Assembly: GCF_006345805.1 (NCBI RefSeq)
Contig: NC_043001.1
Location: 128,278,001-128,342,000, forward strand
Source of the DNA: Octopus sinensis
Taxonomy: Eukaryota
Direction of reading: 5' to 3'
Length of the DNA stretch: 64,000 bases
Within the stretch, counting starts at the first letter, position 1, and each line of letters begins with the position of its first letter. The translations under genes were made by a program, and so were the position numbers. Of the stretch, positions 40,027-52,920 are shown in pieces. Under the pieces are notes generated by a model, which saw nothing but the letters and a program-made list of their open reading frames with translations, made no database searches and was not told the origin of the DNA.

Positions 40027-40884
40027 AGCGCTACCCGTCCGGGATAAGCTCTACAGACACGGCTCGAGAAACACGGGGCCGACCTGCCCGAGATGCGGTC
40101 AGAGCGACGAAACCGTTCTGCACGCACTCGTGCAGTGTCCAACAATTTCCGACCCGTGGGCTTATGTCGAACAACTGCTGTCACGTGTGGGACGAGTCAG
40201 TTTATCAGCTGAGTCTATCGTCAATATTGTCACGCCTCCCTCCTTCAAACGGGAAGGAAGAGCTATTTTCATCATCTTTGTGGCTATGGCGAAAGAATGT
40301 ATCTGGTGGACGCGTCTGAAAGGATTGGAGACAAACACTTTCCTCTCTGGTCAATCTCTCATCAACTTCTTCAAGTACCACTTGAAAAGGAAAGTGAGAG
40401 TAGAGAGGCAAGTTTTGTCTAGCGAATGTTTTAAAAAAAGATGGATGAATGTAGCAAGAATGGCACGTATGAATGACGAAGCCACCTTGAGCATGATCCT
40501 ATGAACCCAGAAATTGAAAACAGAGAGTTGCTTATTCGCAAAAAAAAAAAAAAAAAAAAGAAATATAACATGTGACTCCATTGACCGAGGCTACCGTGGT
40601 CTTTTCCATAGGCTTTTCTTTCCACGGGTAAACCTCACCTGTCCTCCCCTTTACACTTCATATTGACATTTCTGTGATAACGATCCCTATTGATCAATTT
40701 TTTTTTTTTTTCCTCTCCCCCTTTTTTTTTAACCCCCCCTTTTTTTCCTCTTTCTCTCCTTTTACGATCCCTTTTGATCGAAACTCCCCCTTCCTTTTTT
40801 TTTTTTTTTAAACCTTCAAAAGAAAAGCTCTACCTTGTAATTTGTTCTATCTGTGTGCAGCCCTGTGTGGCTAATAAAGAAACA
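40027..40884 (+). mobile_element. 5'-truncated Tx1/L1-clade LINE 3' end inserted in (CTAT)n
   Basis: Open frame 40028-40504: [27 protein letters not shown] (zinc knuckle)..MAKECIWWTR; 3' UTR with AATAAA at 40873. Confidence 0.85.
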
Positions 40885-40957
<73 letters not shown>

Positions 40958-41250
40958 GTCATGGCTTTGATGAAATTTGTCGAGGCAGATTTTCTATGGC
41001 TGGGTGTCCTTCCTGTCACCAACTCTTGCCTGTTTCCAAGTAAGTTACTATTCCCCATAATCAGAAATGTTTTTTGCGGAAGTTTGGAAACAGAGAACAC
41101 CACTTGAATGACAGTGAAACTCATTTACAACTATCATATGATGTCAAGACAAGAAGATAGTAATGCACGCACACACTGACATAAACATATATATATTCAC
41201 ATATACCCACACACATACATTCATACATATACATATCATATATATATATA

Positions 41251-41948
41251 TCATCATCATCATCATCATCGTTTAGCGTCCGTTTTCCATGCTAGCATGG
41301 GTTGGACGGTTCTACTGGGGTCTGTGAAGCCAGAAGGCTTCATCAGGCCCAGTCAAATCTGGCAGTGTTTCTACGGCTGGATGCCCTTCCTAACGCCAAC
41401 CACTCCGTGAGTGTAGTGGGTGCTTTTTACGTGCCACCCGCACTGGTGCCAGACAGAGCTGGCAAACGACCACGAACGGATGGTGCTTTTTATGTGCCAC
41501 CGGCACGAGGGCCAGGCGAGGCTGGCAACGGACACGAAACGGGGCGGTGCTGGCAACGGTCGCGAAACGGAAAGTTCTCTTACATGCCACCGGCACTGGT
41601 AACACATCTGCAATTTCCATTGATCGATTTCCATTGATCGATTTCGATTCTGATCATCACTTGCCTCAACGGGTCTTCACAAGCAGAGTATATATGTATA
41701 TATATATATATTTGTAAAAAGATTTGAGCGAGGTCATTGCCAGTACCGCCTGACTGGCCCCCGTGCAGGTGGCACGTAAGAAGCACCCACTACACTCTCA
41801 GAGTGGTTGGCATTAGGAAGGGCATCCAGCTGTAGAAACTCTGCCAGATCAAGACTGGATCCTGGTGCAGCCATCTGGTTGCCAGCTCTCAGTAAAAACC
41901 GTCCAACCCATGCTAGCATGGAAAACGGACGTTAAATGATGATGATGA
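41251..41948. mobile_element. Two family D copies in opposite orientation (41251-41680 minus, 41720-41948 plus)
   Basis: (CAT)n start and (GAT)n end with family D bodies. Confidence 0.85.
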
Positions 41949-41977
41949 TATATATATATATATATATATACACACAC

Positions 41978-42352
41978 CGCCAAGCTGGCAGAAATGTTAG
42001 CACACCGGGCGAAATGCGTTGCCATATTTCGTCTGTCGCTACACTCTGAGTTCAAATTCCGAGCACTCCACAGACACATGTAGCCTTAACGCAGTTCTCG
42101 GGGATATTCAGCGTGACACAGAGAGTGACAAGGCCGGCCCTTTGAAATACAGGTACAACAGAAACAGGAAGTAAGAGTGAGAGAAAGTTGTGGTGAAAGA
42201 GTACAGCAGGGATCACCACCATCCCTGCCGGAGCCTCGTGGAGCTTTAGGTGTTTTCGCTCAATAAACACTCACAACACCCGGTCTGGGAATCAAAACCG
42301 CGATCCTACAACCGCAAGTCTGCTGCCCTAACCACTGGGCCATTGCGCCTCC
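41978..42352. mobile_element. SINE A 5' part (+) fused to a 3'-deleted SINE C (-)
   Basis: ..GTTCAAATTCC|GAGCACTCCACAGACAC junction at about 42060. Confidence 0.8.
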
Positions 42353-43157
42353 ACTCATGATTAATTTATGATTCAATAGAAACATTTTCAACACTAAAAA
42401 GCTAGCACTAAGCTCAAACAGAAAGAGATTTTGATCTCCAGTATACTGATGTCTGTACGTGTCTCATCATCTGTGAGCTCTATAAGCCAACTTGTCAATA
42501 GTTGCTACAGTCTATAAAAATAATTAACCTGAAAATTAGGAGCTAGAAAACTGAGGACATCAGTCAGAGGCACACTACATTATGCTCTTTCTTCCTCCAC
42601 TTTCTCAGTACAACAGAAATAACTAACCACAACCTCCTAATTCATATACCCAGGCAGTATAATTTCCTATGACCGCACACTGGATGATGGTATTGAAAAC
42701 TGCTTTAGTCTTCTGTAGTCATTGTAAGGCTCAGAATGACAGTCTTCTAAATAACCATCTCTAGCTCTATACTCCACGTCTGCTTAGCAGTCATGCATTT
42801 CTACTCTCCAATAAGGATGTGAGATATAAACCACTAAAACAAAATGTTCAAATCTGCCAGATCTAATCTTTCACACCTATCCTACAATATCATTCTAAAA
42901 ATAAACAATCATATCGTTGAAATCTCAAAACTATGAGATATTGCATAATTAACTCAAAATAATGTGAATAAATAAGTATTACTTAAGTACCAGTGGATCA
43001 TTGAGGTCAATGTAATTGACTTACCCCTCCCCCGAAATTGCTGGCCCTGTGCTAAAATTTGAAACCGAAAATCATGTTTATGTTCTTATGAGTATAGTCC
43101 TTTATCCTTATGTATTTTCACAATAGTGTCATTATAATATAATAGATCTTTTTGATT

Positions 43158-43562
43158 GGCTGTGTGGTAAGTAGCTTGCTTACAAACCACATGGTTCCGG
43201 GTTCAGTTCCACTGCGTGGCACCTTGGCAAGTGTCTTCTACTATAGCCTTGGGCTGACCAAAGCTTTGTGAGTGGATTTGGTAGATAGAAACTGAAATAA
43301 GCCTGTTGTATATATGTGTGCATATATATATATATATATATGTATTTGTGTGTATACATTTGTGTGTCTGTGTTCGTCCCCCCAGCATTGCTTGACAGCC
43401 AATGCCGATGTTTTTATGTCCCTGTAACTTAGCGGTTCAGCAAAAGAGACCGATAGAATAAGTACTAGGCATACAAAGACTAAGTCCTGGGGTCGATTCG
43501 CTTGACTAAAGGCAGTGCTCCAGCATGGCCGCAGTCAAATGACTGAAACAAGTAAAAGAGTA
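43158..43562 (+). mobile_element. SINE family B
   Basis: Matches the consensus. Confidence 0.9.
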
Positions 43563-44499
43563 TAGCTATAGCTGCATTATAATATCCTGTGATCTGAGAA
43601 AAAATCTTATAAGCAGAAAGTCTAGATATTTGCAATTAAATACTCTTAACTATGCTATAAAATTACTGCTCTAGGATGGCTGGAATTTATATTAACATAT
43701 AAGTTTTCATTGTATTTGACCTGAAACTACATCCTCTGTAACTGCTCTTATTCAAGAATTGTCAGCATCAACAAGGAAGGGTCATACTCAGACACAAGTA
43801 GACTTTCATTGTATTTAATTATATGTATGTATGTATATGCATGTATGTATGTATGTATGTATGTATGTATGTATGTATTTATGCCTGCGCATCTGTGCCG
43901 TCAGCTTGTCACCCAACCAGCAACATTACTAAGACTGCTTAATGGGGAAGATGATTTTTGGACACTGGATAAAAATGCAATTGCAGTGTGGAAGGTGTTT
44001 ATAAGCCATTTAAAAACACACAAAAATCATTAGATTCACATCAACATTTAAATTTTAATTTGTCACTTTGAGACTGTGACCTGTTCACTGACAAAATTCC
44101 GTGCAGCACATGATCTCAGATCAGGTCACTTGCTATGCAAGTACATCTCCATAATAAAAAGGCAAAATCTGTCAAAGGGCAGATGAACTGAGGTTAGTCA
44201 ATCATCATCCAATAATGTGTAAATATGCATGTGTATTTGTTGATCTGTTTGTGTGTATGTGTGTGTATGAGTATGTACATGTAGGAAGCATATGAGAAAA
44301 TGACGATGACGGTTTTACACATCTTTATTAAATGGTTACAGTTGTTTAGATACTTTATGGAATCATTTCATCAACTTACATATTGGTTTATACATATAAA
44401 ATTACATAAATGCATACATTATTCAATGAAGGTTGCATTAATAATCTTTTAGGATCAGATTAAAGTTGTAATATTGAAGTATATTATTGAGTTATATCC

Positions 44500-45385
44500 A
44501 CACCTGTAAATGTAATAACTTAGAACTAGAGAGAAGTAGAAAAATGTTTAGAAGTTTCATTAGAAATATAAGGTTTTCTATCTCTTTGGAACATAATTGT
44601 AAGGTAACAAGCTTTCTGGATATAGCATTAAAACTAAATACTGGGTTTCATCATCTATATAACAAGCCCAATGAAAACAATAACATTAATAATGTCTCTT
44701 CTGATAACAAACTTAATAGTAATTCCATTCAAATAACCAATATCTTAAGAATAATCTTTATATATAAAACTGAAGTTGTATGTGTGAGAGTCTGTCTCCT
44801 CCAATTTAGATTCCTAACTACTCCCACATTTTGTGGTGCAGTTTAACCAAAAGCGAGTATCTTATAGTCGTGATTCATATCGAGCCCTTCTGGGTATTAG
44901 TGCACATCTACGATGAGTCTACGATGATAAAAAAATTTACCATCATTTTTCGCATTTTTAATGCATTTTTTGCTCGGTTTATATAAGGGAAGTAACTCTC
45001 TAAAAATGCTTAGTCATTTCCCTTACAAGCCCAAGCAACGCCGGGCAATACTGCTAGTGTAAAATATAAATGTTCTGCTGAAACGCACAATAAAGTTCAT
45101 TATTACATAGGTGTGACAGCATACAAATTTAAACTTAGATTACATAAGCACACTTCTTTAAATATAAAAGAAAAACATACAGCAGCACATTAACTAAAAT
45201 CATCTGGGATCTCAAAGAGGAAAGTTTCCATTACTCAATTTCATAGTGATTATAGGAAGTGCAATTCCATACAAGGTGGGGAAGTTGTTATTTGTGTCCA
45301 GTAAAAGCATTAGAAATTCTCAAAAGTAGGTCTAATTCAATTAATAAGCATAATGAATTATCAATCTGTTGCAACCACTTATTTA
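44500..45385 (+). mobile_element. Degenerate Penelope-like element (RT end plus GIY-YIG), different lineage from 31579-33847; split by a Helitron
   Basis: SFLDIALKLNTG..YNKPNE; after removing the Helitron, NNVKYKCSAETHNKVHYYIGVTAYKFKLRLHKHTS; then IWDLKE, CYLCP, LNKHNEL..CNH. Confidence 0.8.
44755..45057 (+). mobile_element. Solo non-autonomous Helitron (303 bp, one internal subrepeat)
   Basis: A|TCTTTATATATAAAAC ... CCCAAGCAACGCCGGG..CTGCTAG|T, no TSD; homologous to the 23657 array. Confidence 0.92.
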
Positions 45386-46249
45386 ACAAAAAATTCTTAA
45401 AATTTCCACTTAAAATTCCATTTAACTAACTTACTTGAATCAAATAGTATAAATGGTAATGTTTCTAACCTTATAGTTCTCTCAACTCTCACTCACATTA
45501 TTTCTTATGTAACCAACTAATCATTCAATTCTTAACTAATGTATCTAATTTAGTTTTTATGTAATGTTAGTTTTAATGTAATTATAAGTGACACAGTATC
45601 CTAGACTTGAGTACTAAGATGGTGCACAAATCTTTTCCATGCCTCTATTCTAATTCCTTCCCCACCCTTATATCTTTCTTTATTCATTTTAGTTCCTTTA
45701 AAATCTCATCTTTATTCGTTTGTTTTCTTTTTTATTCTACTATTCCTCCCTCTGAGATTGCTGCAATAAAATTCCACCTCTTTGAATTTCTGGTTTATTG
45801 TTTAAATTCCTATCAGTCCACCAATATATATGTAATCAATTAAACTAACAACCACTTGACCTGTCAGAGCCAGTGTTCTGAATCACTTGCACTTGATAAA
45901 GTAAAAGACATTGTTATATCCCTTATCTTCATTATCCATCCACTGAAATATCACTAGGATGGAGTAAAAACTTATTACCTTGGTATACCATACCTCCCGC
46001 CATCTCTCAATATATTTGTTGGAAATTACTCAAAATATCCTCTGGTCTGAAGTGATGGTCAGTGGTAACCTTATTGATTATTGCTTGAATTTACATTATT
46101 TTTTTTAAATTTATAAACCATGTAAATCGATGTAATTGTTCCATCATCAAAACGATTGTAACCATTTGATAAAGATATGTAATATCAACATCTTCATTTC
46201 TGTGTTTGTTTACTACTGTACTCTGTGATGAATGCGTCATCTGGTAAAT

Positions 46250-48130
46250 TTCTTCAAATTGACTATAAAGTCAATTCTCTGACACTTTCTATTCTCCTTG
46301 TCAACTACTGCTAAATCAGGCCTTCAGACTTCTATTACTCTGTCCATCTGAATGTTAAGGTCCCACAACGTCTTATATTTCTTACTTTCTAGCACTAGAT
46401 TCATGTCCATACCATTTATCAGTATGGTCAAACCCTAGCTTTCTACATAACTCCCAGTGGGTTACTCTCCCTAGGTTTTCATGTATTTTCTTGTAGTCTT
46501 ACAGTGCCAGCATGCTACATTCACTTAATATATGAGTAACATGTTCCTCTTTTGATTTACATAACCTACATTGGGAATTTGACTGGTTTTTGTCTATCTT
46601 GGCTTTTATCAATTAGTCCTGAATGCTTGATCCTGTGTTGCTACTAACAAACTTTCTGTCTCCCTTTTTAAACTTCCTTTCTGCAACCATAACCATGACT
46701 CACTATTATTATTTCCTGAAACTATCTTTGAGAATTTACTATGCAAAGCCTTCTCTTGCCAGTTAGAAAACCCTTTTTTTCTAGTTTTTTTACTTCATTT
46801 GGCATTTTGGTTTCCTTGGGCCCTACTGTGACTCTAGCAGCTCTTAGTAAACTTTCTTCACTATTACCTAAATAGGAAGCTATATCTACTCTAGCTAACT
46901 CCATTCAGTCTTCTACTGATATTAACCCTCTACCACCTTCCTCTCTAGGTAAGTATAATCTTGTTACTCCTGCTCTTGGGTGAAGTCCTCCATTCATATT
47001 GAATTCCTTCCTAGTTCTTCTGTCTAGATTTGCTAATTCAGCTTTTGTCCAATCCACAAAGGCTGAATATCTAAGTAATGATACTGCCCAAATATTTACA
47101 ACCTTCACTAGATTCAGACCATTTAACTTTGACTTCATTAACTTCCTTACCTTTCTGATGCATTCCTCAATTTTCGTTTTCATTTCTATAGTTGTACTCT
47201 GTCAGATACTAATACTCCTTGACACTTATAACTTTCTCATTCTTTCAATAATTTTAAGGTCTAGCCATCTGGTAATTGGATGAATGTTGACTACCTGTCC
47301 CCTTCTCATAACTAATATTGTCCACTTATCTATGCCAAATTTCATACCTATATCTTTGCTGAACATTATGTAATATATTAAAACCTTTCACACTACACAA
47401 ACTCCTTGTCATCTTTTAACTTTTTAATTAAAAAATTTTTCATTTTGTCATTTTTCTACAGCTTTCATAATTTTTCTTTATTGTTCAATTCTGTCATCTT
47501 TCATTCTTAGGTTTTGGTTTCCCCATCGCTAATTGCTAACTTCTTAGGTATCACTTCCTTCTACCTGTTCATTCCTCTTAACTTAGCTTTACTTTTCTTA
47601 GCATAGCACCCCTTCTCACCATACTACTATAGCATTACTCTCTTACCTCTCTGTACCATACTTTGCTGAAAAGTCTTACAATTTGTATTAAGGAATCTAT
47701 CTCATTTTTATTCACACTAAAAAGCTTCAGATCATCCATGTTGAGCAAATGGTTAATTTTTCTTTTACTAATTCTAAACTGATACCCTGTCTTTGCCTCC
47801 CTTAATACTAAACTGAAGGGGATTAAAGGAATAATGAGTCACCTTGAAAAATTCCTTTTTTTCAAATCAACTCTCCCTAAGGCTGTGTCCCTAAGAAGAG
47901 ATCTATTTTTCATTTCTTCATGCTATTGCGAATTAACTCTCTTATGCTGTCTGCAATACTGAATATACTCAAACATTCACTTATCCATGAATGTGAAATC
48001 ATGTCATAGGCTTTCTTACAATCTATCCATGCTATTCTTAAATTTTCTTTCTAGATTTCATCTCTTTTAGAACTGCTTTGTCTAATGTATAATAGATCAT
48101 GTGTTCCTCTAGCCTTCTTCCTACAATGGT
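46250..48130 (-). mobile_element. Old Dong/R4-like RLE LINE remnant
   Basis: KSKLNGLNLVKVVNIWAVSLLRYS..LHPRAGVTRLYLPREEGGRGL; LWDLNIQMDRVIE.RPDLAVVDK. Confidence 0.85.
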
Positions 48131-49893
48131 TAGTATGTTGCACTCATGGTCACCAGATTGTGCATTGTAGTTCTTGAGCAAAATACTTTATTTCAAGTTG
48201 TTCTGTGATCATTTCTATATCTTGCATGTGGCACACTTGTGCACCTGTACAGGTAATGTTGATTTGATGGAGGGAGTGAGCTAATGTACGGCACATACAT
48301 TTGATCACAATAAACAAATCATTTGTGCAGGTTGTTCAGCAAAAAAACTAAACACTAACATGTCGTCTTCGATGGGAGATCCATCATGATTATTATTATT
48401 ATTATTATTGAGTGAGAGGGAAGCACATGCCATCAAAGTGACACTGGGGTACAAATATACGAAGTCCAATATACACTTCATTCACATCTAATGATGTAGG
48501 CTAGTTTTGGGGGGGAGGGCAAATGCATATGTTATTTAGAAAGTGGGATTGGCCCTGTGCAAGGTATTTCATGACTATAAAATGGTTACATGCACAGGCA
48601 TTGTATGATTTGTAACATCTATTTTATGTGTTGCTTACTATGGCTGGTCATAACCAAGAAAGGGCCAAAACAAAAGTAATTAATGAAAAAATTTCATGAT
48701 GGAATACGGGTATGGTAACCTTCTAAACACATCACAACACCTGCTGCAAGAGGTGCCCATCATTGCCACATCTTTAATGGTGCAAAAGACCCAAGCAGGA
48801 CTGAAAAGCTATATCTATGTGAGAACCATTAAGCATTGCTCAAAATCAGATTGCAGCCATCATATATTTATGTATACATGCATATATATAAAACAAAATT
48901 TGAGCTAAGAGAAGTAACTCAGAAGGAGTAAGGTACATTAATATTTTATTGTGGAAATCAGATATATCCACTCAAATTTTCATTACTTTTAACTGTAGAT
49001 AGCAGTTTTATATACAAATCTATCTTTCTTGAGGTATATCATGTTTGAAACTATTGTTTGTTGAGATATATCAAGTTTAAGGCAATGTGACTTACAGAAA
49101 ATATCAGTTCCATTTTTTGGTAAATATTTAACCTCATTACTGGAATAATCAGGAAATTAATTTTGTAGTTAAAGAGTTAAAAACCATACAAGACAAATTT
49201 TTGATTTATTGAAAGTATCATTGATTTGAGAGAAGGTACACAAACACCTAATGAAAATGAAAATTACGATGAACTACATACAAGAAAGGGCAGCAATCTT
49301 AGGGAATCAACAATCTCTTGATTGCACATGCCATACAAATATGTATGATGAGTGTGTGTATGTGTGTTTGTGTATGTGTGTGTTTGTGTGTATGTGTATA
49401 TGTGTGTACGTGCGCACATACATATGCATGTGTATATGCATAAGTGCAGGCATAGCATGATTAAGAAGTTCACTTTGCTATCTCATGGTTTCAGGTTTCA
49501 TTTCTCTGTGCAGCCGCTTGAACAAGTGTCTTCCAGTGCTTTGTGAGTGGCATTTGTGTATCAAGAAGTTTGCTTTCCACTACATGGTTCTGGGATCGGT
49601 CTCACTGCATGGTACCTAGGATAAGTGTCTTCTACTTTTACCCCATCATCATAGCATAGAAAAGTGGATGTTAAATGTTGATGATGATCATAATGATAAT
49701 GATGATGATGATAATGATATGTGTGTGTGTGTGTAGCAAAAAAATGTAACTACTCCAATTGTAGGGTGAATATGTAACGGTTCTCATGTTGGAGATACTA
49801 AGTGACGAACGCTGAAGAGAAAAGATAATATTTACAAATCTATTTGCCAGCATGGTTAGTAAGACAGATGGTTAGTAAGACAGATATTAAAGA

Positions 49894-50100
49894 CGGCAAG
49901 CTGGCAGAAACGTTAGCACGCCGGGAGAAATGCTTAGCGGTATTTCGTTTGTTTTTACGTTCTGAGTTCAAATTCTGCCAAGGTCGACTTTGCCTTTCAT
50001 CCTCTCGGGGTCAATGAATTAAGTACCAGTTGCATACTGGGGTCGATCTAATCAACTGACCTCTTCCCCCAAAATTTCAGGCCTTGTACCTAGAGTAGAA
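49894..50100 (+). mobile_element. SINE A variant with alternative 3' end
   Basis: A head, then GATCTAATCAACTGACC..CCTAGAGTAGAA tail, also seen at 61380-61495 and inverted at about 34790-34925. Confidence 0.8.
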
Positions 50101-50132
50101 TAGTGAGACAGATATTAGTAATTGTAACCATA

Positions 50133-50510
50133 GGTGCAGGAGTGGCTGTGTGGTAAGTAGCTTGTTTACCAACCACATGGTTCCGGGTTCAGTCCCACTG
50201 CGTGGCACCTTGAGCAAGTGTCTTCTCCTATAGCCTCGGGCTGACCAAAGCCTTGTGAGTGGATTTGGTAGACGGAAACTGAAAGAAGCCCGTCGTATAT
50301 ATGTATATGTATATGTTTGCGTGTCTGTGTTTGTCCCCATAGCATTGCTTGACAATGTTCCCGTTACTTAGTGGTTCGGCAAAAGAGACCGATAGAATAA
50401 GTACTGGGCTTATAAAGCATAAGTCCCGGGGTTGAGTTGCTCGATTAAAGGCGGTGCTCCAGCATGGCCGCAGTCAAATGACTGAAACAAGTAAAAGAGT
50501 AAAGAGTAAA
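50133..50510 (+). mobile_element. SINE family B
   Basis: Matches the consensus, with a small internal deletion. Confidence 0.9.
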
Positions 50511-50592
50511 AAAGTAATTGACAATGACAAAGGTTCACCTGCTGGTTGGTAGCTGGTACTGTGGAAACGAGGTCCTACACACCACACACACA

Positions 50593-50643
<51 letters not shown>

Positions 50644-51012
50644 ACACACACACACCACACACACACACACCACACACACACACGCACACACACACATACA
50701 CACACACACACACACACACATGACAGAGGACTGAGACATGTGGTGCATTGCTGTACTTGAGAAGACCCACCATTCACAACAGAATTGAGATCCTGAAACC
50801 TAGGTGCCGTGTAAAAAGTGCTCAGTACACTCTGTAAAGTGGTTAGCATTAGGAAAGGCATCCAGCTGTAGAAACCAACCCAAAACAGACTATTGAACCT
50901 GCTGCAGCTCATGTTTGTTCTCTGTGAAGCCATCCAACCCATGCCAGTATGGGAAACAGACATTAAATGTTGATGCTGATGATGATGATGTGTGTGTATA
51001 TATATATATATA

Positions 51013-51143
51013 CAGGGTGTCCCAAAAAAATGTATACACATAGTGGTTCGGCAAAAGAGAACGATAGAATAAGTACTAGGCTTACAAAGAACAACAAATT
51101 TACAATTATTTAAGGTGTGTATACATTTTTTTGGGACACCCTG
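51013..51143. mobile_element. Tc1/mariner-type MITE (28-bp perfect TIRs, TA flanks) carrying a SINE-B fragment
   Basis: CAGGGTGTCCCAAAAAAATGTATACACA at 51013-51040 and its exact reverse complement at 51116-51143; 51041-51091 matches the SINE-B 3' part. Confidence 0.9.
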
Positions 51144-51177
<34 letters not shown>

Positions 51178-51440
51178 TATGTTTATGTCTGTGTATGTGT
51201 GTGTACATGCTTCTGTGCGTCTTCACTCTGTCATTGTGCAAACAAAAATTGTGATATTATTTTAGTCTCTTGTAAACAACATATCTTATGGATTAACGGT
51301 TTTTATTATTTGTGAAAACAAGTGGAATAAAAGTACTTTACTTGAAAATCAGGTTGACTGCATGAAGAGCATTTGGCCATAGAATACTGTTTCAGTAATT
51401 TGGGCCAACATAGAAAACAGCAGATATAAAAAAGGATTAA

Positions 51441-51503
<63 letters not shown>

Positions 51504-51698
51504 ATAGAATATCACTGAGCCTATATATATATAATCTTTATGTAAAGTATGCTTAGTTTTGCATTCTTGGGGTTTACCCAAATATTGTTTTAGAACAAGA
51601 CTAGATATACTTCCATGTATACAACTAACACACACTCCTATATACAGATATCTACATGCATGCACACACACACACACACACGCATACACACGCATATA

Positions 51699-51741
<43 letters not shown>

Positions 51742-52029
51742 AACATTGTGTACAGTGCTCAGGTGCACTACAACTCATCTAAAGTGTATATATAATCAGG
51801 TGTAGTTTCGGCGGATTTCGGAAATATATATATATATATATATATATAAATATATATATATACACACACACACAGGCACGTACACTTACATACACACATG
51901 TATGTGTATGTGCACGTATCTATTTATGTACTTACATGTACAATAATTTCTATTTTGCCTCAGGAGCACACATTCATAAGAAAGATTACTGTCACTTTAG
52001 TGCAACTTAGCACTTAGTTTTATTCAATC

Positions 52030-52920
52030 CTAAGAGGATGTGATACAAAGTTAACCCCCTTACATATGAAAAGCATTTATTCATCAAAATGCAACCCATT
52101 ATATTCTATTGTCTGTTGCCACCGTTGTACCAGAAGCTCGATTCCACACTTATACCATTTGACTGGTTCATAGGTAAAAAGTTCACTGCACTCATTTTCT
52201 ACTCCATCTATATTGTTGAACTTCTGTGGTTCAACAATAACCCATGGCTGGGGAAAGGTGGTAATCTGATGGTGCACAGTCTGGACTGTAGGCAGGGTGA
52301 GGCAGCACTTTCAGCCCCTAAAGTTCTTTAAGTTTGCGCTTGGGTCACATTGGCAGTGTATGCTGGGGCATTTTCATGTTTTGTCTTTGATTGACCAATG
52401 ATGGGTAGCAGGCTTCCAAAATGTCATATACTCTCCGCAGTTGTTGGGCATAAAGATTAGCATTCACACATGACGGTCTGGGAAAAACTCAAAGGGCAAC
52501 ACCCCCTCCAAATTCTACCAAACACACACGACCTTCCATTCAAACCACCTTTGTTTGACAACAGGTTCTTAGGATTATGAAAATAGATCCATTTTTCATC
52601 CCCAATAACAATTAGATGCCAAAAAAATGCATATTGAGAATTTGCCAGCAGTTGTTTGCAAATGTTCACACATCTGTGAGCCTCTTCATCGATCAGTTCA
52701 TGAAGGGTTTCTTGGCAGTGTTTGTTCACAAGACTAAGCTTGTCATCAGTGTCAACTGATGGTGCTTTGTGAAGGACCAAGTTCTGCCAACAATGTATGA
52801 ATGCTTGTGCTTGGTTGTTGTTGAACCATTTCAAGCAAGGCCACATTTTCCTCAACAAAAGATCTCCCTGATTTTGGGTTTTATTTCAAGGCTGAACTAG
52901 TTTTGTACCACACATTCATT
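52030..52920 (-). pseudogene. Degenerate mariner (DD34D-type) transposase element
   Basis: LHEL, IVIGDEKWIYFHNP, YSPDCAPSDYHL, GIELLVQRWQQTIEYNG motifs; ends uncertain. Confidence 0.85.

Noticed and set aside
51742-51825. Short segment ending GTAGTTTCGGCGGATTTCGGAAA between (TAA)n and (TA)n
   Set aside because: It resembles half of a hammerhead stem II/GAAAC, but there is no CUGANGA core or valid NUH site.
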